Assembly (NCBI GenBank): GCA_044376115.1
Contig: JBILLK010000017.1
Location: 1 to 64,000 of the forward strand
Direction of reading: 5' to 3'
DNA length: 64,000 nt
Source of the DNA: Polyangiaceae bacterium
Lineage (GTDB): Bacteria > Myxococcota_A > Polyangia > Polyangiales > Polyangiaceae
The stretch's first letter is position 1. Each line of letters begins with the position of its first letter. The notes below the pieces were generated by a model, which saw nothing but the letters and a program-made list of their open reading frames with translations, searched no databases and was not told where the DNA came from. Position numbers and translations under genes: made by a program. Below, in pieces: positions 36,998-49,600 of this stretch.

Positions 36998-38185
36998 CAA
37001 CGCAATAGCCCATACCGTCAGTTTATCTCTTCGCCCCAACGCTGAACGACGAACCGAACACCCCTCGACCTCCGGAGCGCTTGGCGCGGCAGCCGACTCG
37101 ACCTCGATCCAAACTTCCAAGTCCTTTACGTAGGTATTCCCGTTACGACCGCCAAGCACGAGAATCGAGCAATCGGCGAGACGCAGCGCGGTCTGCTCGA
37201 GGCGGCCCAACACCATCGGTTCCGCAGCTAAAAAGGCTGCTGACCCCGGCAACAGCCGCTGAGAGGAGACAACCGGAACTTCACCACGAAAGCCCGCACT
37301 CACCACGACTCCACCATCACAATCCAACGTGACTGAGGGCTGGGTTCGGGGGTCACCAAGAGCTGGCCCTACACCGCTGGTACCGCTAAAAGGCTCGAAC
37401 CATTCCGTCGAAGAGAGGGCGCCGCCAACGTTTTGCCCGCCGACGAGAAGCACTCGCCCGTCAGACAACGGAGTTGCGCCATGAAACCATCTGGCCGACT
37501 GCAAAGGCTCCTCGACGCTAACGACATGGGTATCGGGGTGATACCGCTCTACGAGGTCGAGCGCAGCGATCCCGTCAAAACCGCCCGCGAGGAGCACGCT
37601 TCCATCCTCCAACACGGTCGCAGAATGCCGCGCGCGTGCCAGACTCATCTCGGCGACGGTCGACCATAGGTCACGCGCAGGGTCATAGAGTTCTACCGAC
37701 TTGACCATGCCTCCGTTGTTGTAGCCGCCTGACACGAGCAGTTTGCCATCCTCCAAAATGGTAGCGGCATGCCCTATGCGTGCCTCCGCCATCGGCGCAG
37801 CCTCCGACCACGTCTCTTCGTTAGCGTCGTATCGCTCTACCGAAGGCAGGTAATTAGCCATGCCGTAGCCGCCAACCACGAGCACGTCTCCGCTCTGTAG
37901 CACGTGCGCCGTATGGCTGTGGCGCGCCGTCGACAGGGACGCTGAACTGCGCGTGGCCTGGGTCTGTGGCTCATAAACCTCCACAGACTCGAGATAACCA
38001 CTATCGTTGTAGCCCCCGACAATCAGGACTTCGCCAGTCGCCGAAAGCAAGGTGCTCGTGTGCAACGTACGCGCCGTTCCCAGTTGGCCAGCCAGTTGCC
38101 AAGCTGGTTGCGCGTTGGCCACCGACGCCAGCGGAACCGCAATCAATAGCGCCGAGAGTCCGAGCAGCGCGCGCGACGCGTTCAT
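36809..38185 (-). CDS. Kelch-repeat beta-propeller protein with MYXO-CTERM-like motif
   Basis: Signal peptide; seven R..H.AT.L.DG.VL..GG-type repeats; GCSV + TM + RRLR. Confidence 0.85.
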   Translation of the reverse strand: MNASRALLGLSALLIAVPLASVANAQPAWQLAGQLGTARTLHTSTLLSATGEVLIVGGYNDSGYLESVEVYEPQTQATRSSASLSTARHSHTAHVLQSGDVLVVGGYGMANYLPSVERYDANEETWSEAAPMAEARIGHAATILEDGKLLVSGGYNNGGMVKSVELYDPARDLWSTVAEMSLARARHSATVLEDGSVLLAGGFDGIAALDLVERYHPDTHVVSVEEPLQSARWFHGATPLSDGRVLLVGGQNVGGALSSTEWFEPFSGTSGVGPALGDPRTQPSVTLDCDGGVVVSAGFRGEVPVVSSQRLLPGSAAFLAAEPMVLGRLEQTALRLADCSILVLGGRNGNTYVKDLEVWIEVESAAAPSAPEVEGCSVRRSALGRRDKLTVWAIALLSVALWLRRLRAREFRDDLLQGSERHRLTEDSFCAEISQRLIGLISVAGEHDNRWAPPTKRS

Positions 38186-38466
38186 CCTGCGCCGACCTTC
38201 GCACCAAAGCGTTTAGCGTTGCGCACGCGCGCCTTCTGCAGCTCGAACTCTCGCGTGCGCGGGGGGCCGTGGACCTCAAAACTGGCGAGGAGCTTCCGAG
38301 TAGCTTCCGTGATTTCCTGCACGGCTTGGTCGAACGCAGCCACGTTCGTTCGAGGCGGCTTTCGCGTGCCGCTGACCTTGCGGACGTACTGAATCGCTGC
38401 CGCCGCGATCTCATCGTCCGTCGTCGGTGGCTCAAAGTTCAGAAGAACTCGGATGTTGCGGCACAT
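38182..38466 (-). CDS. DUF2277 family protein
   Basis: MCRNIRVLLNFEPPTTDDEIAAAAIQYVRKVSG. Confidence 0.85.
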   Translation of the reverse strand: MCRNIRVLLNFEPPTTDDEIAAAAIQYVRKVSGTRKPPRTNVAAFDQAVQEITEATRKLLASFEVHGPPRTREFELQKARVRNAKRFGAKVGAG

Positions 38467-38522
38467 TCGGCAAATGTACCGCATCGCAATCGTTCTGAGG
38501 TTTGTTAAGGTCCCTGGCACGC

Positions 38523-39158
38523 ATGTCGAAGCGCGCACTCACCCTCCTCCATGACGAGCTAGACGCCTGCCGGCGGTGCCCTGAAATGATCGGGCCCGTC
38601 GTCCACGGGCCTGCCGTCATGAGTCGCGTTCTTCTGGTTGGCCAGGCGCCTGGCCCACACGAAGGAAAGTTCGGTAAGCCCTTTGCGTGGACAGCGGGCA
38701 AGACGCTCTTTCGCTGGTTCACTCAGGCTACCGGTGCAGAGGAGGAAGCCGTGCGCCGCGCGGTCTACTTTGCTGCCGTCAATCGCTGCTTTCCAGGGAA
38801 AGCCAAGGGCGGTGGGGATCGCCGACCAAGCCCCGATGAGATAGCCAACTGCAGGCCCTTCCTGGTTGGCGAAGTGAAGGCACTCAAACCGCGACTCGTC
38901 ATTCCAGTTGGGACGATGGCTATCGCAGAGGTCCTCGGCCACACAGGCCCACTGACCGAGGTTGTAGGCAAGGTGCTCCAGACCCGATATCACGACCAAG
39001 AGACAGCGGTGATCGCGCTACCGCACCCTAGCGGAGCATCGACCTGGCACAAGCGTGAGCCGGGGATGGCGCTGCTTGCTAATGCACTGGAACTGCTCGG
39101 CGCCCACGACGTGATGCAGGGGGAGCTGAAGCGGCTAGCGAATGTGAACAGCGCATAA
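38523..39158 (+). CDS. Uracil-DNA glycosylase family protein
   Basis: CRRC, VGQAPG, RCFPGK..GGDR.P, LPHPSGAS. Confidence 0.88.
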   Translation: MSKRALTLLHDELDACRRCPEMIGPVVHGPAVMSRVLLVGQAPGPHEGKFGKPFAWTAGKTLFRWFTQATGAEEEAVRRAVYFAAVNRCFPGKAKGGGDRRPSPDEIANCRPFLVGEVKALKPRLVIPVGTMAIAEVLGHTGPLTEVVGKVLQTRYHDQETAVIALPHPSGASTWHKREPGMALLANALELLGAHDVMQGELKRLANVNSA

Positions 39159-39685
39159 TGAAAGGGACGCATCAGTACCTGTTCTTGCGCGCGGGTATCG
39201 AACGCGAGGCGATAGACGAGGTAATGCTCGAGTTGGGCCTCGTCCTCATCAATGTCATTCGGGCGTCGAGCGATCGCCCAGGGCAACTCGTGGGCAGAAC
39301 CTCGAGCGGCACTACGACTGTCCAGTTCGTCGACGATCAGCGCCTTGGCCTCTATTACGCTATCGCTGCGGGAGGCGACTCGGTAGAGGTCGCCAATGCG
39401 CTACGGCAGCGCTTGAGCAATCCCGACGCTGAAGTGGAGCCCCGACGACGTCTCGCAATCGCTGCACTGTCGAAGGATGAAGACACCGCTGTGGAGCTCC
39501 TGGACGAGATACTGCAAAGCCCGCAACTGGCGGATCGCGCTTTTGGCTGCGTGGCGGCTTCGTATTTGGGGTGCGCACGAATCCAGCGCATTGCGCAGCA
39601 CGCGTCACTACGCGAAGCGAACGCTCAACTCAGGGTCGCCCTCAATGCACTAGCGAGCAAGATCACTACGAGCGAGGAACCATGA
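39158..39685 (+). CDS. Hypothetical protein
   Basis: ORF translationally coupled on both sides (TAATG, ATGA). Confidence 0.6.
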   Translation: MKGTHQYLFLRAGIEREAIDEVMLELGLVLINVIRASSDRPGQLVGRTSSGTTTVQFVDDQRLGLYYAIAAGGDSVEVANALRQRLSNPDAEVEPRRRLAIAALSKDEDTAVELLDEILQSPQLADRAFGCVAASYLGCARIQRIAQHASLREANAQLRVALNALASKITTSEEP

Positions 39686-41061
39686 ACTACGAGCGTCCGC
39701 GGCTTGCCGTGCACGTACTCCCCCGGAGACATCTCATCGATGGGGAGGAGGTCGTCGTGCTCCACAACGCAAGAAACGGCGAGCTGCTCAAACTACCCAC
39801 GGAGCTTTACGCGCTCGTAGACTATGCCGACGGGACCCGAGATCTCGACGGCATAGCCCTCGCTGCCTCCCGCGACGGTCGCTTCACGAGGATGAGCGTT
39901 ATCGCTTCACTGATGGAGACGTTGAACAGCTACGGGGCCCTCGCCGACGGCATTGAGCCTGCCGAGCCTGCCGTCACGACAGCTCGCATCCTGACAATGG
40001 ACGGGTCGAGCTTTCCAGATCTTCCGCTCGAGAGACTCGAGGGGCATCGATTCTCTTGTACCGGCGCGGGCTCTTGCTGCGCTCAGTACGCAACGATCGG
40101 GGTTACGGCTGACGACCTGATTCGGGCGCGCAGAGCGGGACTTCAGACGCTGCCAGAAGACCATCGCGAAGAGCGTGTCGTCTTACCGCTCTATGGCGGA
40201 GCTTTTCGACAGGCGATGACGCTGGTGGACGGCCGTTGCCTTCAACTTACCGCGGATAGCCAATGCGGACTCCACCGTCGTGGAGGTCCCTCCGCCAAGC
40301 CGGTAGCCTGCGCAGCTTTCCCAGCAGTCTTGGTAGAGGATGGCGAGAAGGTTCGCCTCTCGGCCGCACTCGAATGTGACTGCGTCTTCCATTCGCGAGA
40401 CGAGTCGGAGGGCGCCAGCTTGCTTCCGATGAGCAGCTCGCTGCACCAGTTGCCTGCGGGTTTGACAGTTCGTCGCTTACCCCGAGACCTCGAGCTCACT
40501 GCCTCCCGTACCGTGCCCACTGCGACCTACGCCCAGTGGTCGAAGGATTTGCTCCCGACGACGAATGCTCCGTGGGCTTGCGCTACGCTGGCGGCCGGTC
40601 TCGCCGAACGCGGACTGCGCGATCTAGGCACGAGTGAACGAGACGAGAGCCTGCGAGCTCCGGCGCTTTCAGCTCTGCGATCGGCTCTTCGAGTTTACTT
40701 AGCAGCCATGGACCAAGCAGCCGAGTCCAGCAATGCTTGGAGGAGCCCCAAGGATCGCACGCGGCTACTGAGAAGTACGATCGCGCAAGCTGCGCGCTCG
40801 CTGCAAGACCCAAACAAGTTCCAAACGCTACTCTCACGCGAGCAAAGCAGCGATGAAGCGTTCACGCTGCGGATGAGCCTGTTTGGCTATCACCTCGTAG
40901 GTGAGCGTCCTTTCGCCGAAACGTTGGTCGAGTTAGCGGTCGCATTCCTCGTTGCCCGGGAGCTCTTGGAGTTGAACGCGCCCGTGGGCCATCCAATCGC
41001 GGCCGTCCTGGCCTGTGGGCGCGGAACACAACCAAAGTCGAATAGCGATGCCCAGTTCTGA
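39682..41061 (+). CDS. PqqD/RRE-like domain fused to YkgJ/FliB-like Cys-cluster domain
   Basis: N-terminal VVLHN..NGELLKL...DGTRDLDGIA...L...GAL; FSCTGAGSCC, RCLQL...CGLH, KPVAC..FP. Confidence 0.7.
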   Translation: MNYERPRLAVHVLPRRHLIDGEEVVVLHNARNGELLKLPTELYALVDYADGTRDLDGIALAASRDGRFTRMSVIASLMETLNSYGALADGIEPAEPAVTTARILTMDGSSFPDLPLERLEGHRFSCTGAGSCCAQYATIGVTADDLIRARRAGLQTLPEDHREERVVLPLYGGAFRQAMTLVDGRCLQLTADSQCGLHRRGGPSAKPVACAAFPAVLVEDGEKVRLSAALECDCVFHSRDESEGASLLPMSSSLHQLPAGLTVRRLPRDLELTASRTVPTATYAQWSKDLLPTTNAPWACATLAAGLAERGLRDLGTSERDESLRAPALSALRSALRVYLAAMDQAAESSNAWRSPKDRTRLLRSTIAQAARSLQDPNKFQTLLSREQSSDEAFTLRMSLFGYHLVGERPFAETLVELAVAFLVARELLELNAPVGHPIAAVLACGRGTQPKSNSDAQF

Positions 41062-42160
41062 CTCTCGTCGGGAACGCCCGCAAGTGACGGTCTGGGTGCC
41101 GCAGTCAGTCCGGCTGCACTATCCCATAAAAATCCTTATTGGACTATTTGCACTTGAGCAGGACTCAGAAATCGACCTCAATGTAGAGTTTGGGCTGGCC
41201 CCATGGAGCGGCAAACCGAGCGAGGAGGACGAAGCGGTTGGCACTGTTTACTGGACAGTGCACCAAGGCTTTGAATCGGTGCGCGTCGCTGTCGACCTGC
41301 AGGATCAAGGGTGGTTATTCAATCGTAGCGCGCTACGCGCCTGCGACGTTTACCTCAAACGGGGATTCGAGGCGGAAGCCCTTGCCACCCTCCCAACCTC
41401 CTGGGCCAGTCGAGTAAAACCGCTCGGGCTGGTGTACCCGTGCCAGAGCCTTGGGGTTAGTGCAAAGCTACTGCCGCGGTGGCTCTTGCAGCGAGCCCCG
41501 CAGGGGCTTACGGACCGGAGTCAGTTCACGCAGCTAAAGCAGGAGCTCAAGCTCCTCGTCCAGCTGCCACTGGTGACCGACTTCCAGCGCACACCGGAGG
41601 AACCGGCGCTCGAGGGGGTCATCTTCCAGACGCGACTTTGGGAGCAGGGCGAATCCGGTGCCGAGGACCTATTGGAGGTCAACGCGACACGAAGTGCGCT
41701 CGTACGTGGCCTTCGAACGGCACTCGGGCCACGTTTCCGAGGCGGACTTGTACCAACCCGCCTCGCGCGAGAGCGCTATCCCGACTTGGTCGCGACGGAC
41801 CACTATCGACGTCGCGATTACGTCCGCATGAGCGGAAGCTACTTGATTGGGGTCTACTCACGTGGCTTGAACCACTCGAATGCGTTCAAATTAGGCGAGT
41901 ATTTGGCTGCTTCGCAATGCATTGTAGCCGAACCTTTTCGACAAGAGCTCCTGCAGCCGCTGGTTGCAGACATCAACTACTTACCGTTCAACTCAGTTGA
42001 CGAGTGTATTGAGGCTTGCGTTCGACTACTCGCGGACAAGCCGTTCGCTGCTGCGATGCGGCGGGCAAACTTTGAGTACTTCCGGGCACAGGTGGAGCCC
42101 AAAGCGCATGCCGCCCGCTTGCTGAGCGAAGCGTTCAACCGGCCCCCCCCTAGCGGTTAG
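41048..42160 (+). CDS. Hypothetical, glycosyltransferase-like protein
   Basis: YLKR, FQTRLW, GLNHSNAFKLGEYLAASQCIV, GT-B-like C-terminus. Confidence 0.5.
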   Translation: MPSSDSRRERPQVTVWVPQSVRLHYPIKILIGLFALEQDSEIDLNVEFGLAPWSGKPSEEDEAVGTVYWTVHQGFESVRVAVDLQDQGWLFNRSALRACDVYLKRGFEAEALATLPTSWASRVKPLGLVYPCQSLGVSAKLLPRWLLQRAPQGLTDRSQFTQLKQELKLLVQLPLVTDFQRTPEEPALEGVIFQTRLWEQGESGAEDLLEVNATRSALVRGLRTALGPRFRGGLVPTRLARERYPDLVATDHYRRRDYVRMSGSYLIGVYSRGLNHSNAFKLGEYLAASQCIVAEPFRQELLQPLVADINYLPFNSVDECIEACVRLLADKPFAAAMRRANFEYFRAQVEPKAHAARLLSEAFNRPPPSG

Positions 42161-42567
42161 CGCTGCGGCGCGACACCGATGAACTTGCGCACGTCGAGTT
42201 CGTTACGGCCCACCACAAAGTGCCCTTTCATGGTGTCCATCGCCAATCGCAGAAACTGCAGCTCTTGCATAGGGTCGGCAACGAGGATGCCCACGCGTTT
42301 TTCCTGAGCGGCCCAAGCCCGAAATAGCTCGCTCAAAGATTCCTGTGTTTTCGGCCCTGCGATGCGCGGCCCCGAACGAACGTCAAACACCAACCCTTTG
42401 GTTCCTTCTTGCTTTGCTCGTCCCGAGAGGTGCTTCAGCATCTCCGCCGCACACGTGGCGCCTTCGGCCATCGTTAGGTCTGCGCGGGCCACCACTCGGC
42501 ACGTAACAATCGGCCCATCCACAAGGATTTGGTAGTTTCGGCCCTCAGCGAGCAACACGTCGCTCAT
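42157..42567 (-). CDS. Hypothetical protein (STAS/SpoIIAA-like fold possible)
   Basis: LVFDVR motif and alpha/beta pattern. Confidence 0.5.
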   Translation of the reverse strand: MSDVLLAEGRNYQILVDGPIVTCRVVARADLTMAEGATCAAEMLKHLSGRAKQEGTKGLVFDVRSGPRIAGPKTQESLSELFRAWAAQEKRVGILVADPMQELQFLRLAMDTMKGHFVVGRNELDVRKFIGVAPQR

Positions 42568-42734
42568 CTACGAACTCGCAACAGGCGCGCGGAACATCTG
42601 TGAGGCCAAGTCGGGAACCGTGCCACGAAGCACCCACGCTTGACAAGGCCACGCCCGAGTCCTTGCAACAAGCGCAACCGGTAGCTGGAAAAGAGCTTCG
42701 GGAAATGGGAGCAGGGCAGGCTAAGATGCCGAGG

Positions 42735-44207
42735 ATGAAGCGCTTTCTTGGTTCGGTCGCTGCTCTTATGCTGTTGGTTGCCGGCTGTGGCGACTCTGGG
42801 ACGGAGGAGACCAACGAGACCACACCTCCTGTTCCTAACTTCAAGGCCGCCTCCGGCGTGACCATTACTGAAGTGGCCATTTATCAAAGTGTGAAGCGCC
42901 AGCTTGCCAAGGACGGGGCGGCTGTAACCTCTGACGTTCCCCTAGTCGCCGGACGAGACGCGATGATTCGCGTGTTTTACACCACCTCCGGGGACTACGA
43001 CGGCAAAGCTGTAACCGGCCGACTCAGCCTTGGGGACGATGGTGACCCAATCGACGTGGAGCAAGTGCTCTCGGAGCCAACCTCTTCCGACGGCTCGATC
43101 TCGTCCACCTTGAACTTCTTCATCCCCGGGGACCGCATTGGGGCAGAGCTCAACTACTCCATCGAGGTGCTGCAACTCGATGCCGCTGGGACGAACAAGG
43201 CTGCACGCTATCCCGCAAGCGGCGCCGAAAAGGTCGTCGTTGATGCGCAGAAACAAGTGCTTCGCGTGGTACTCGCCCCCTTTCGCTATGACTTCGACGG
43301 CTCGGGGCGGCTACCGGACACCTCGGAGACGGCCGTTGAGGCCTACCGCAACCGACTCAAGCAATTGTTTCCCGTTTCGGATGTGGAGATAACGGTGCGT
43401 GGAGCAACGCCGTGGAATCGCCGGATTGGACCGGAAGGCAACGGCTGGAATGAAGTGTTGATGGAGGTCTACCAATACAGGGCGTTCGACAATGCCTCCG
43501 ACGACATCTACTACTATGCACTATTCAACCCCGCGAATTCGTTTAGTCAATATTGCGGAGGTGGCTGCGTTCTCGGACTCTCGCTATTGAATGATCAGCC
43601 GGCTGCTACTGGCGAGGTTGAATTCCGATTCGCAGCAGGAGTCGGCTATGATCCTTACGCCTACGACACAACGGCTCATGAGCTAGGACACGCACATGGC
43701 AGGCGCCACGCTCCCTGCGGTCCAGGGCTCGACCCGCAATCGATTGACAATCAATTCCCTTACTCTGACGGGACCATTGGAGCTTGGGGGCTTGACGTTG
43801 CCACCACCCAGCTCTTTAGCCCGACCGCCACCACAGACGTAATGGGGTATTGCGACTTTACCTGGATCAGCGACTACAACTACAAGGCGCTACTCAACAG
43901 GGGCACTGGTATCAACCTACCGAAGTGGCACGAAAGCCCGCGAGAACGCGCCTTGGTCGTATCAGTGGACGGGGCTGGAGGCGCTAGCTGGGGAACCCTC
44001 GGTACCATCCCTTCCAATCTCGCCGGGACCCGCGTCCCTGCGAAGGTGCGTGAACTCGGCCAGCAGCGTAGCGCCTCAGCACGGTTCTTATCCTTTGACC
44101 ACCTACCGGGCGGCCTTGCGATCATTCCCGGCGTGACCGAGGACGTCTCCGAGGTAGAGCTGACGATCGACAATAAGGTCGTTCGGGTATCACGCCCAGC
44201 GCATTAG
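42735..44207 (+). CDS. Lipoprotein zinc metallopeptidase (M66-like metzincin)
   Basis: LLVAGC lipobox; LVAGRD; HELGHAHGRRH; Met-turn DVMGY. Confidence 0.85.
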   Translation: MKRFLGSVAALMLLVAGCGDSGTEETNETTPPVPNFKAASGVTITEVAIYQSVKRQLAKDGAAVTSDVPLVAGRDAMIRVFYTTSGDYDGKAVTGRLSLGDDGDPIDVEQVLSEPTSSDGSISSTLNFFIPGDRIGAELNYSIEVLQLDAAGTNKAARYPASGAEKVVVDAQKQVLRVVLAPFRYDFDGSGRLPDTSETAVEAYRNRLKQLFPVSDVEITVRGATPWNRRIGPEGNGWNEVLMEVYQYRAFDNASDDIYYYALFNPANSFSQYCGGGCVLGLSLLNDQPAATGEVEFRFAAGVGYDPYAYDTTAHELGHAHGRRHAPCGPGLDPQSIDNQFPYSDGTIGAWGLDVATTQLFSPTATTDVMGYCDFTWISDYNYKALLNRGTGINLPKWHESPRERALVVSVDGAGGASWGTLGTIPSNLAGTRVPAKVRELGQQRSASARFLSFDHLPGGLAIIPGVTEDVSEVELTIDNKVVRVSRPAH

Positions 44208-45007
44208 GCCAGGGCCTCGATCCCGACCATCTTGCAGGAGGCTGCATAGAATGACCGCGTTACTTCGCGGTCATCGGCCGTTCGGTGGTGGGGGGCGAGC
44301 TTTTGACGGACGTAGTAGCCGCCACGCGCTTTTGCCCCCTCATCCGATAGGGCGAGGTAGACGCTCGTTTTCGCCCCTTCAGCGAGACTGTCCGGGCCCG
44401 ACATGCCGAAGCCCGTTCGAAGCAGGTTGGTCGTTACCACGCCCGGGTGAAGAGAGCTCGTCGCCAAGTCCGGCAGGCGAAAGGAAAGCTCCTTGGTGAA
44501 CATCACGTTCGCCAACTTCGCCAGCGAGTAAGCAGCGTATCCTTCATAGCGCTTCTCACCCTGAAGGTTGTTCATATCGAACGAGGCTCGCTGGTGCGCC
44601 ATGCTGCTTACATGGATAACTCGACCGCCCTTCGGGACGAGCGGGAGCAATAGGTGCGTAAACAACACATGGGCGAGATGGTTGACGGCAAAGGTCGTCT
44701 CAAAGCCGTCAATTGTCTCCCGTCGCTCCTTCATGAAGACGCCGGCGTTGTGCAGCAGCACATCGAGCTGAGTGCCCACGGCGAGGACTTCCTGCGCGGC
44801 TTTGCGTACCGACTCGAGTGATGCGAGATCAGCCTGAACGAGGCCGAGCACCGCCCCCTTCGCCACGCCTTCAACGGCTTCACGCACCTCCGCGAGTTTG
44901 TCGGGGTTGCGGCCGGAGAGCAGCACTCTTGCGCCGCGACGCGCGAGCTCCAACGCCGTTTCCCGCCCAATACCGTCCGTTGCGCCAGTCAAGAAGACGT
45001 TAGTCAT
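44204..45007 (-). CDS. Short-chain dehydrogenase/reductase (retinol DH-like)
   Basis: TGATDGIG, HNAG, VNHL, YSLAK, HPG. Confidence 0.92.
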   Translation of the reverse strand: MTNVFLTGATDGIGRETALELARRGARVLLSGRNPDKLAEVREAVEGVAKGAVLGLVQADLASLESVRKAAQEVLAVGTQLDVLLHNAGVFMKERRETIDGFETTFAVNHLAHVLFTHLLLPLVPKGGRVIHVSSMAHQRASFDMNNLQGEKRYEGYAAYSLAKLANVMFTKELSFRLPDLATSSLHPGVVTTNLLRTGFGMSGPDSLAEGAKTSVYLALSDEGAKARGGYYVRQKLAPHHRTADDREVTRSFYAASCKMVGIEALA

Positions 45008-45040
45008 TCAGAACTCTCCAGTTAGTTGAAAACCGTTTGC

Positions 45041-45889
45041 CTATCCGTGAACCGCGCTTCCGAATCGTCGCACCCATTCAAGCTCAGTTGGGTTGAGGGG
45101 TCCCCGCTCGACCGCCGCTAGATTCTCGAGCAGCTCGGCCTCATTCTTCGGGCCACTCAGCACGACGTCGACGTTCGGGTCGGTTAGGCAAAAGCGGTAG
45201 CATTCAGCTGCGGTCATCGCCCGCTCCGACCAGCCGGAGGGAGCTTTGAGCAACTTACGCCACGATGTGGCGGTGTAAGCGACTATCGCTCGGCGACGAT
45301 GGGCGTCATTCCTAGGTAGATGATCCGCTGACGACCTTGGTGCCAGGAACGGAAAGATGTCTCGCTCGGCGCCGGGGTGAGCCGCGTTGTAGCGCACCAT
45401 CAGGAGGTCCAGCGGAGAGTCTGCAGCAAGCTTCCCAGCGCGCTCTCGGTTGTGGATTGAAACGCCAATCGCACGCACCTTGCCCTCCTCCTTCAGCTTG
45501 AGCAGCTCCTCGACGACGCCCCCAGTCATCCCGCTACTGACGCCAAGCCAAAAGAGTTGATAGACGTCGAGGTAGTCAGTCCCCAACGTTCGCAGCGCGT
45601 TCTCACAACCTCGCCTCACGCCACCGCGGAAGAATCCAAAGGTTGGGCCGGTCGCGACAATGACCTTTTCACGAGAACGCTTCAGCGCTTCACGCAGACG
45701 AGGCAACGTTCGCCCCGTACGGAACCGAGTCCAGAATAGGTAGTTAACCCCACGCTCGAGCGCGACGGATAGCCCGCGCTCATCAAGGCCGTAGTTGAGC
45801 GCCAGCCCAAGCGGGTGGACGTTGGGAACGAGCGGATAGATGGGATAGCCGGAAACCTGCACGCAGCCAGATGAACCACGCAGCGCCAA
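45041..45889 (-). CDS. Aldo/keto reductase family protein (divergent)
   Basis: LRTLGTDYLD, EGKVRAIGVS.H, RYNAAH; start uncertain. Confidence 0.8.
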   Translation of the reverse strand: MALRGSSGCVQVSGYPIYPLVPNVHPLGLALNYGLDERGLSVALERGVNYLFWTRFRTGRTLPRLREALKRSREKVIVATGPTFGFFRGGVRRGCENALRTLGTDYLDVYQLFWLGVSSGMTGGVVEELLKLKEEGKVRAIGVSIHNRERAGKLAADSPLDLLMVRYNAAHPGAERDIFPFLAPRSSADHLPRNDAHRRRAIVAYTATSWRKLLKAPSGWSERAMTAAECYRFCLTDPNVDVVLSGPKNEAELLENLAAVERGPLNPTELEWVRRFGSAVHG

Positions 45890-45902
45890 AGGTCAACGGC
45901 CG

Positions 45903-45948
45903 CAACAAAAGTTAACCGCGCTCACTCAGTTGCCCGAGGAGCGCGGTT
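45903..45948 (-). terminator. Rho-independent terminator of fusA
   Basis: aaccgcgctc (45914-45923) and gagcgcggtt (45939-45948) are a perfect inverted repeat, followed on the minus strand by aacttttgttg. Confidence 0.75.
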
Positions 45949-45968
45949 GGAGCGAAGGCAAGCTTAGC

Positions 45969-48053
<2,085 letters not shown>

Positions 48054-48145
48054 GGCAGCTGCCTTCTCCTGTAAGGTGCACGCTCCGTAGTATCCCTCGC
48101 TGGTTGCGGCCAGAAAAAAACAAGGCCGGCCCAGAATGTGCGGAT

Positions 48146-49558
48146 CTACTGCGGCGGAGGCGGGGCCGGCGGGTCGTCGTCGGGGATGATGCAGGCCGTA
48201 AGGTCGAACAGCATGAAGAGCAGAGCCTTCTCCTGCGGGGAGAGCTCGGTCGTTTGGCAGCCGTTCGGAAAGGGTTGTCCGATGCTGTCGCCCGACGAGA
48301 CGTGGATGTCGGATAACACCATGCGCCCACATTGCGCAGCCTCTTCCACGCCGATGGGCGTGTTGAAGGTGAGGTACTGCACGCTGGTGGGATTTTCACC
48401 GTAGACCCAGCGAGTGGAGGTAAGCGGGTTCACCGCGTCTACGGTGTGCTGGGCCTCGTTGATGACGAGGTCACCCTGCGCGACCGAAGCTCCGACATTG
48501 ACGAGCCACTCTGCGAGCGCGAGCCCCTTCGGAAACGACATGTCGATCTTTGCGGTGAATGGGTTCGGCAAGTCCTCTTGGTGATTGAACGTTGCCACCG
48601 TGGGAAACGCGCCGGGGCCAGCCTCGAGCCAGTAGTTGTTCCAGTGGGACGCAAACACGCGGCCTCCGAGGTTCGTATAGTCGGCCATCGCTTGTAGTGC
48701 GTTTGCAGGCTTTTCGTCGGGGTTTTGCCCGCCTTCGCAGGCCATCAGCACGACGTCGTAGATCTGCAACTGCGCGACGCTGGACCAAAGCGCAGACACG
48801 TTTGGAAAGAGCGTTCCTGCTGCGTAACGATCCGACCCACCCGCGCCTGCGAACAGGTTCACACGACCAGGCCCATCTGGATTTGTGAACTCGACAGGGT
48901 CGAGACCGATCTTCGGCAGCAGGCACTCGAGCGGGTCAGCGCCTCCCGTCGCCAGCGCGATCTTCGGAATGTGGCCTTCACTTTGGTTGCGCGGCAATCG
49001 AATCGAAGTGTCCTCGAGCGGGGTATCCACGCACTCAGCAACGGTGGGGACCACAAACTCGCGCCGCCACTTGCCGACTTGAATGACCAACGGGATGTCA
49101 TTGCCCACCGGCACGTCCTCCAACACGAAGGAGCCACTCGCGTCGGTGATGGCCGATGCGACCACCGCGCCGATCGAGGCCGCGCAGGTATCGCACGAGG
49201 CGCCATCCACGATCGCCGGCAGCGGCTGGTCCGGGAACTTCGGCACGTAGACGACCACGTTGTAGAGGGGAATCGTTCCGCCGGGCTCATAGACTTTCCC
49301 GCTGATCGTGGTTGTGACAGCTCCTCCACAGGCGACCTGCTGACACTCGAGCCCCTCACATGCCGTGTTACCACCGGTTCCAGACATGAACTGCTGAGAC
49401 GAGCCTGCGTTGCCACCTTGGCCCCCTGCAGAATTCCCTCCCGCCGCGGCTCCACCTGCGCTGGTTCCACCACTGCCTCCTGCGCCCGAGTCCGAACAGG
49501 CCGAGAGGAACGCAGCCCCAAAGACGAACGCAGCGGTCAACTCCGAACCCATTCGCAT
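48146..49558 (-). CDS. Lipoprotein with carboxypeptidase-regulatory-like domain
   Basis: FLSAC lipobox, Gly-rich linker, [33 protein letters not shown]. Confidence 0.75.
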   Translation of the reverse strand: MRMGSELTAAFVFGAAFLSACSDSGAGGSGGTSAGGAAAGGNSAGGQGGNAGSSQQFMSGTGGNTACEGLECQQVACGGAVTTTISGKVYEPGGTIPLYNVVVYVPKFPDQPLPAIVDGASCDTCAASIGAVVASAITDASGSFVLEDVPVGNDIPLVIQVGKWRREFVVPTVAECVDTPLEDTSIRLPRNQSEGHIPKIALATGGADPLECLLPKIGLDPVEFTNPDGPGRVNLFAGAGGSDRYAAGTLFPNVSALWSSVAQLQIYDVVLMACEGGQNPDEKPANALQAMADYTNLGGRVFASHWNNYWLEAGPGAFPTVATFNHQEDLPNPFTAKIDMSFPKGLALAEWLVNVGASVAQGDLVINEAQHTVDAVNPLTSTRWVYGENPTSVQYLTFNTPIGVEEAAQCGRMVLSDIHVSSGDSIGQPFPNGCQTTELSPQEKALLFMLFDLTACIIPDDDPPAPPPPQ

Positions 49559-49600
49559 ATCGACTCCTCGCGACTCGGAAGCATACCCGAGTTCACCAGC

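Noticed and set aside
48054..48332. 93-aa N-terminal extension of EF-G
   Set aside because: Overlaps the upstream gene; EF-G homology starts at [10 protein letters not shown]
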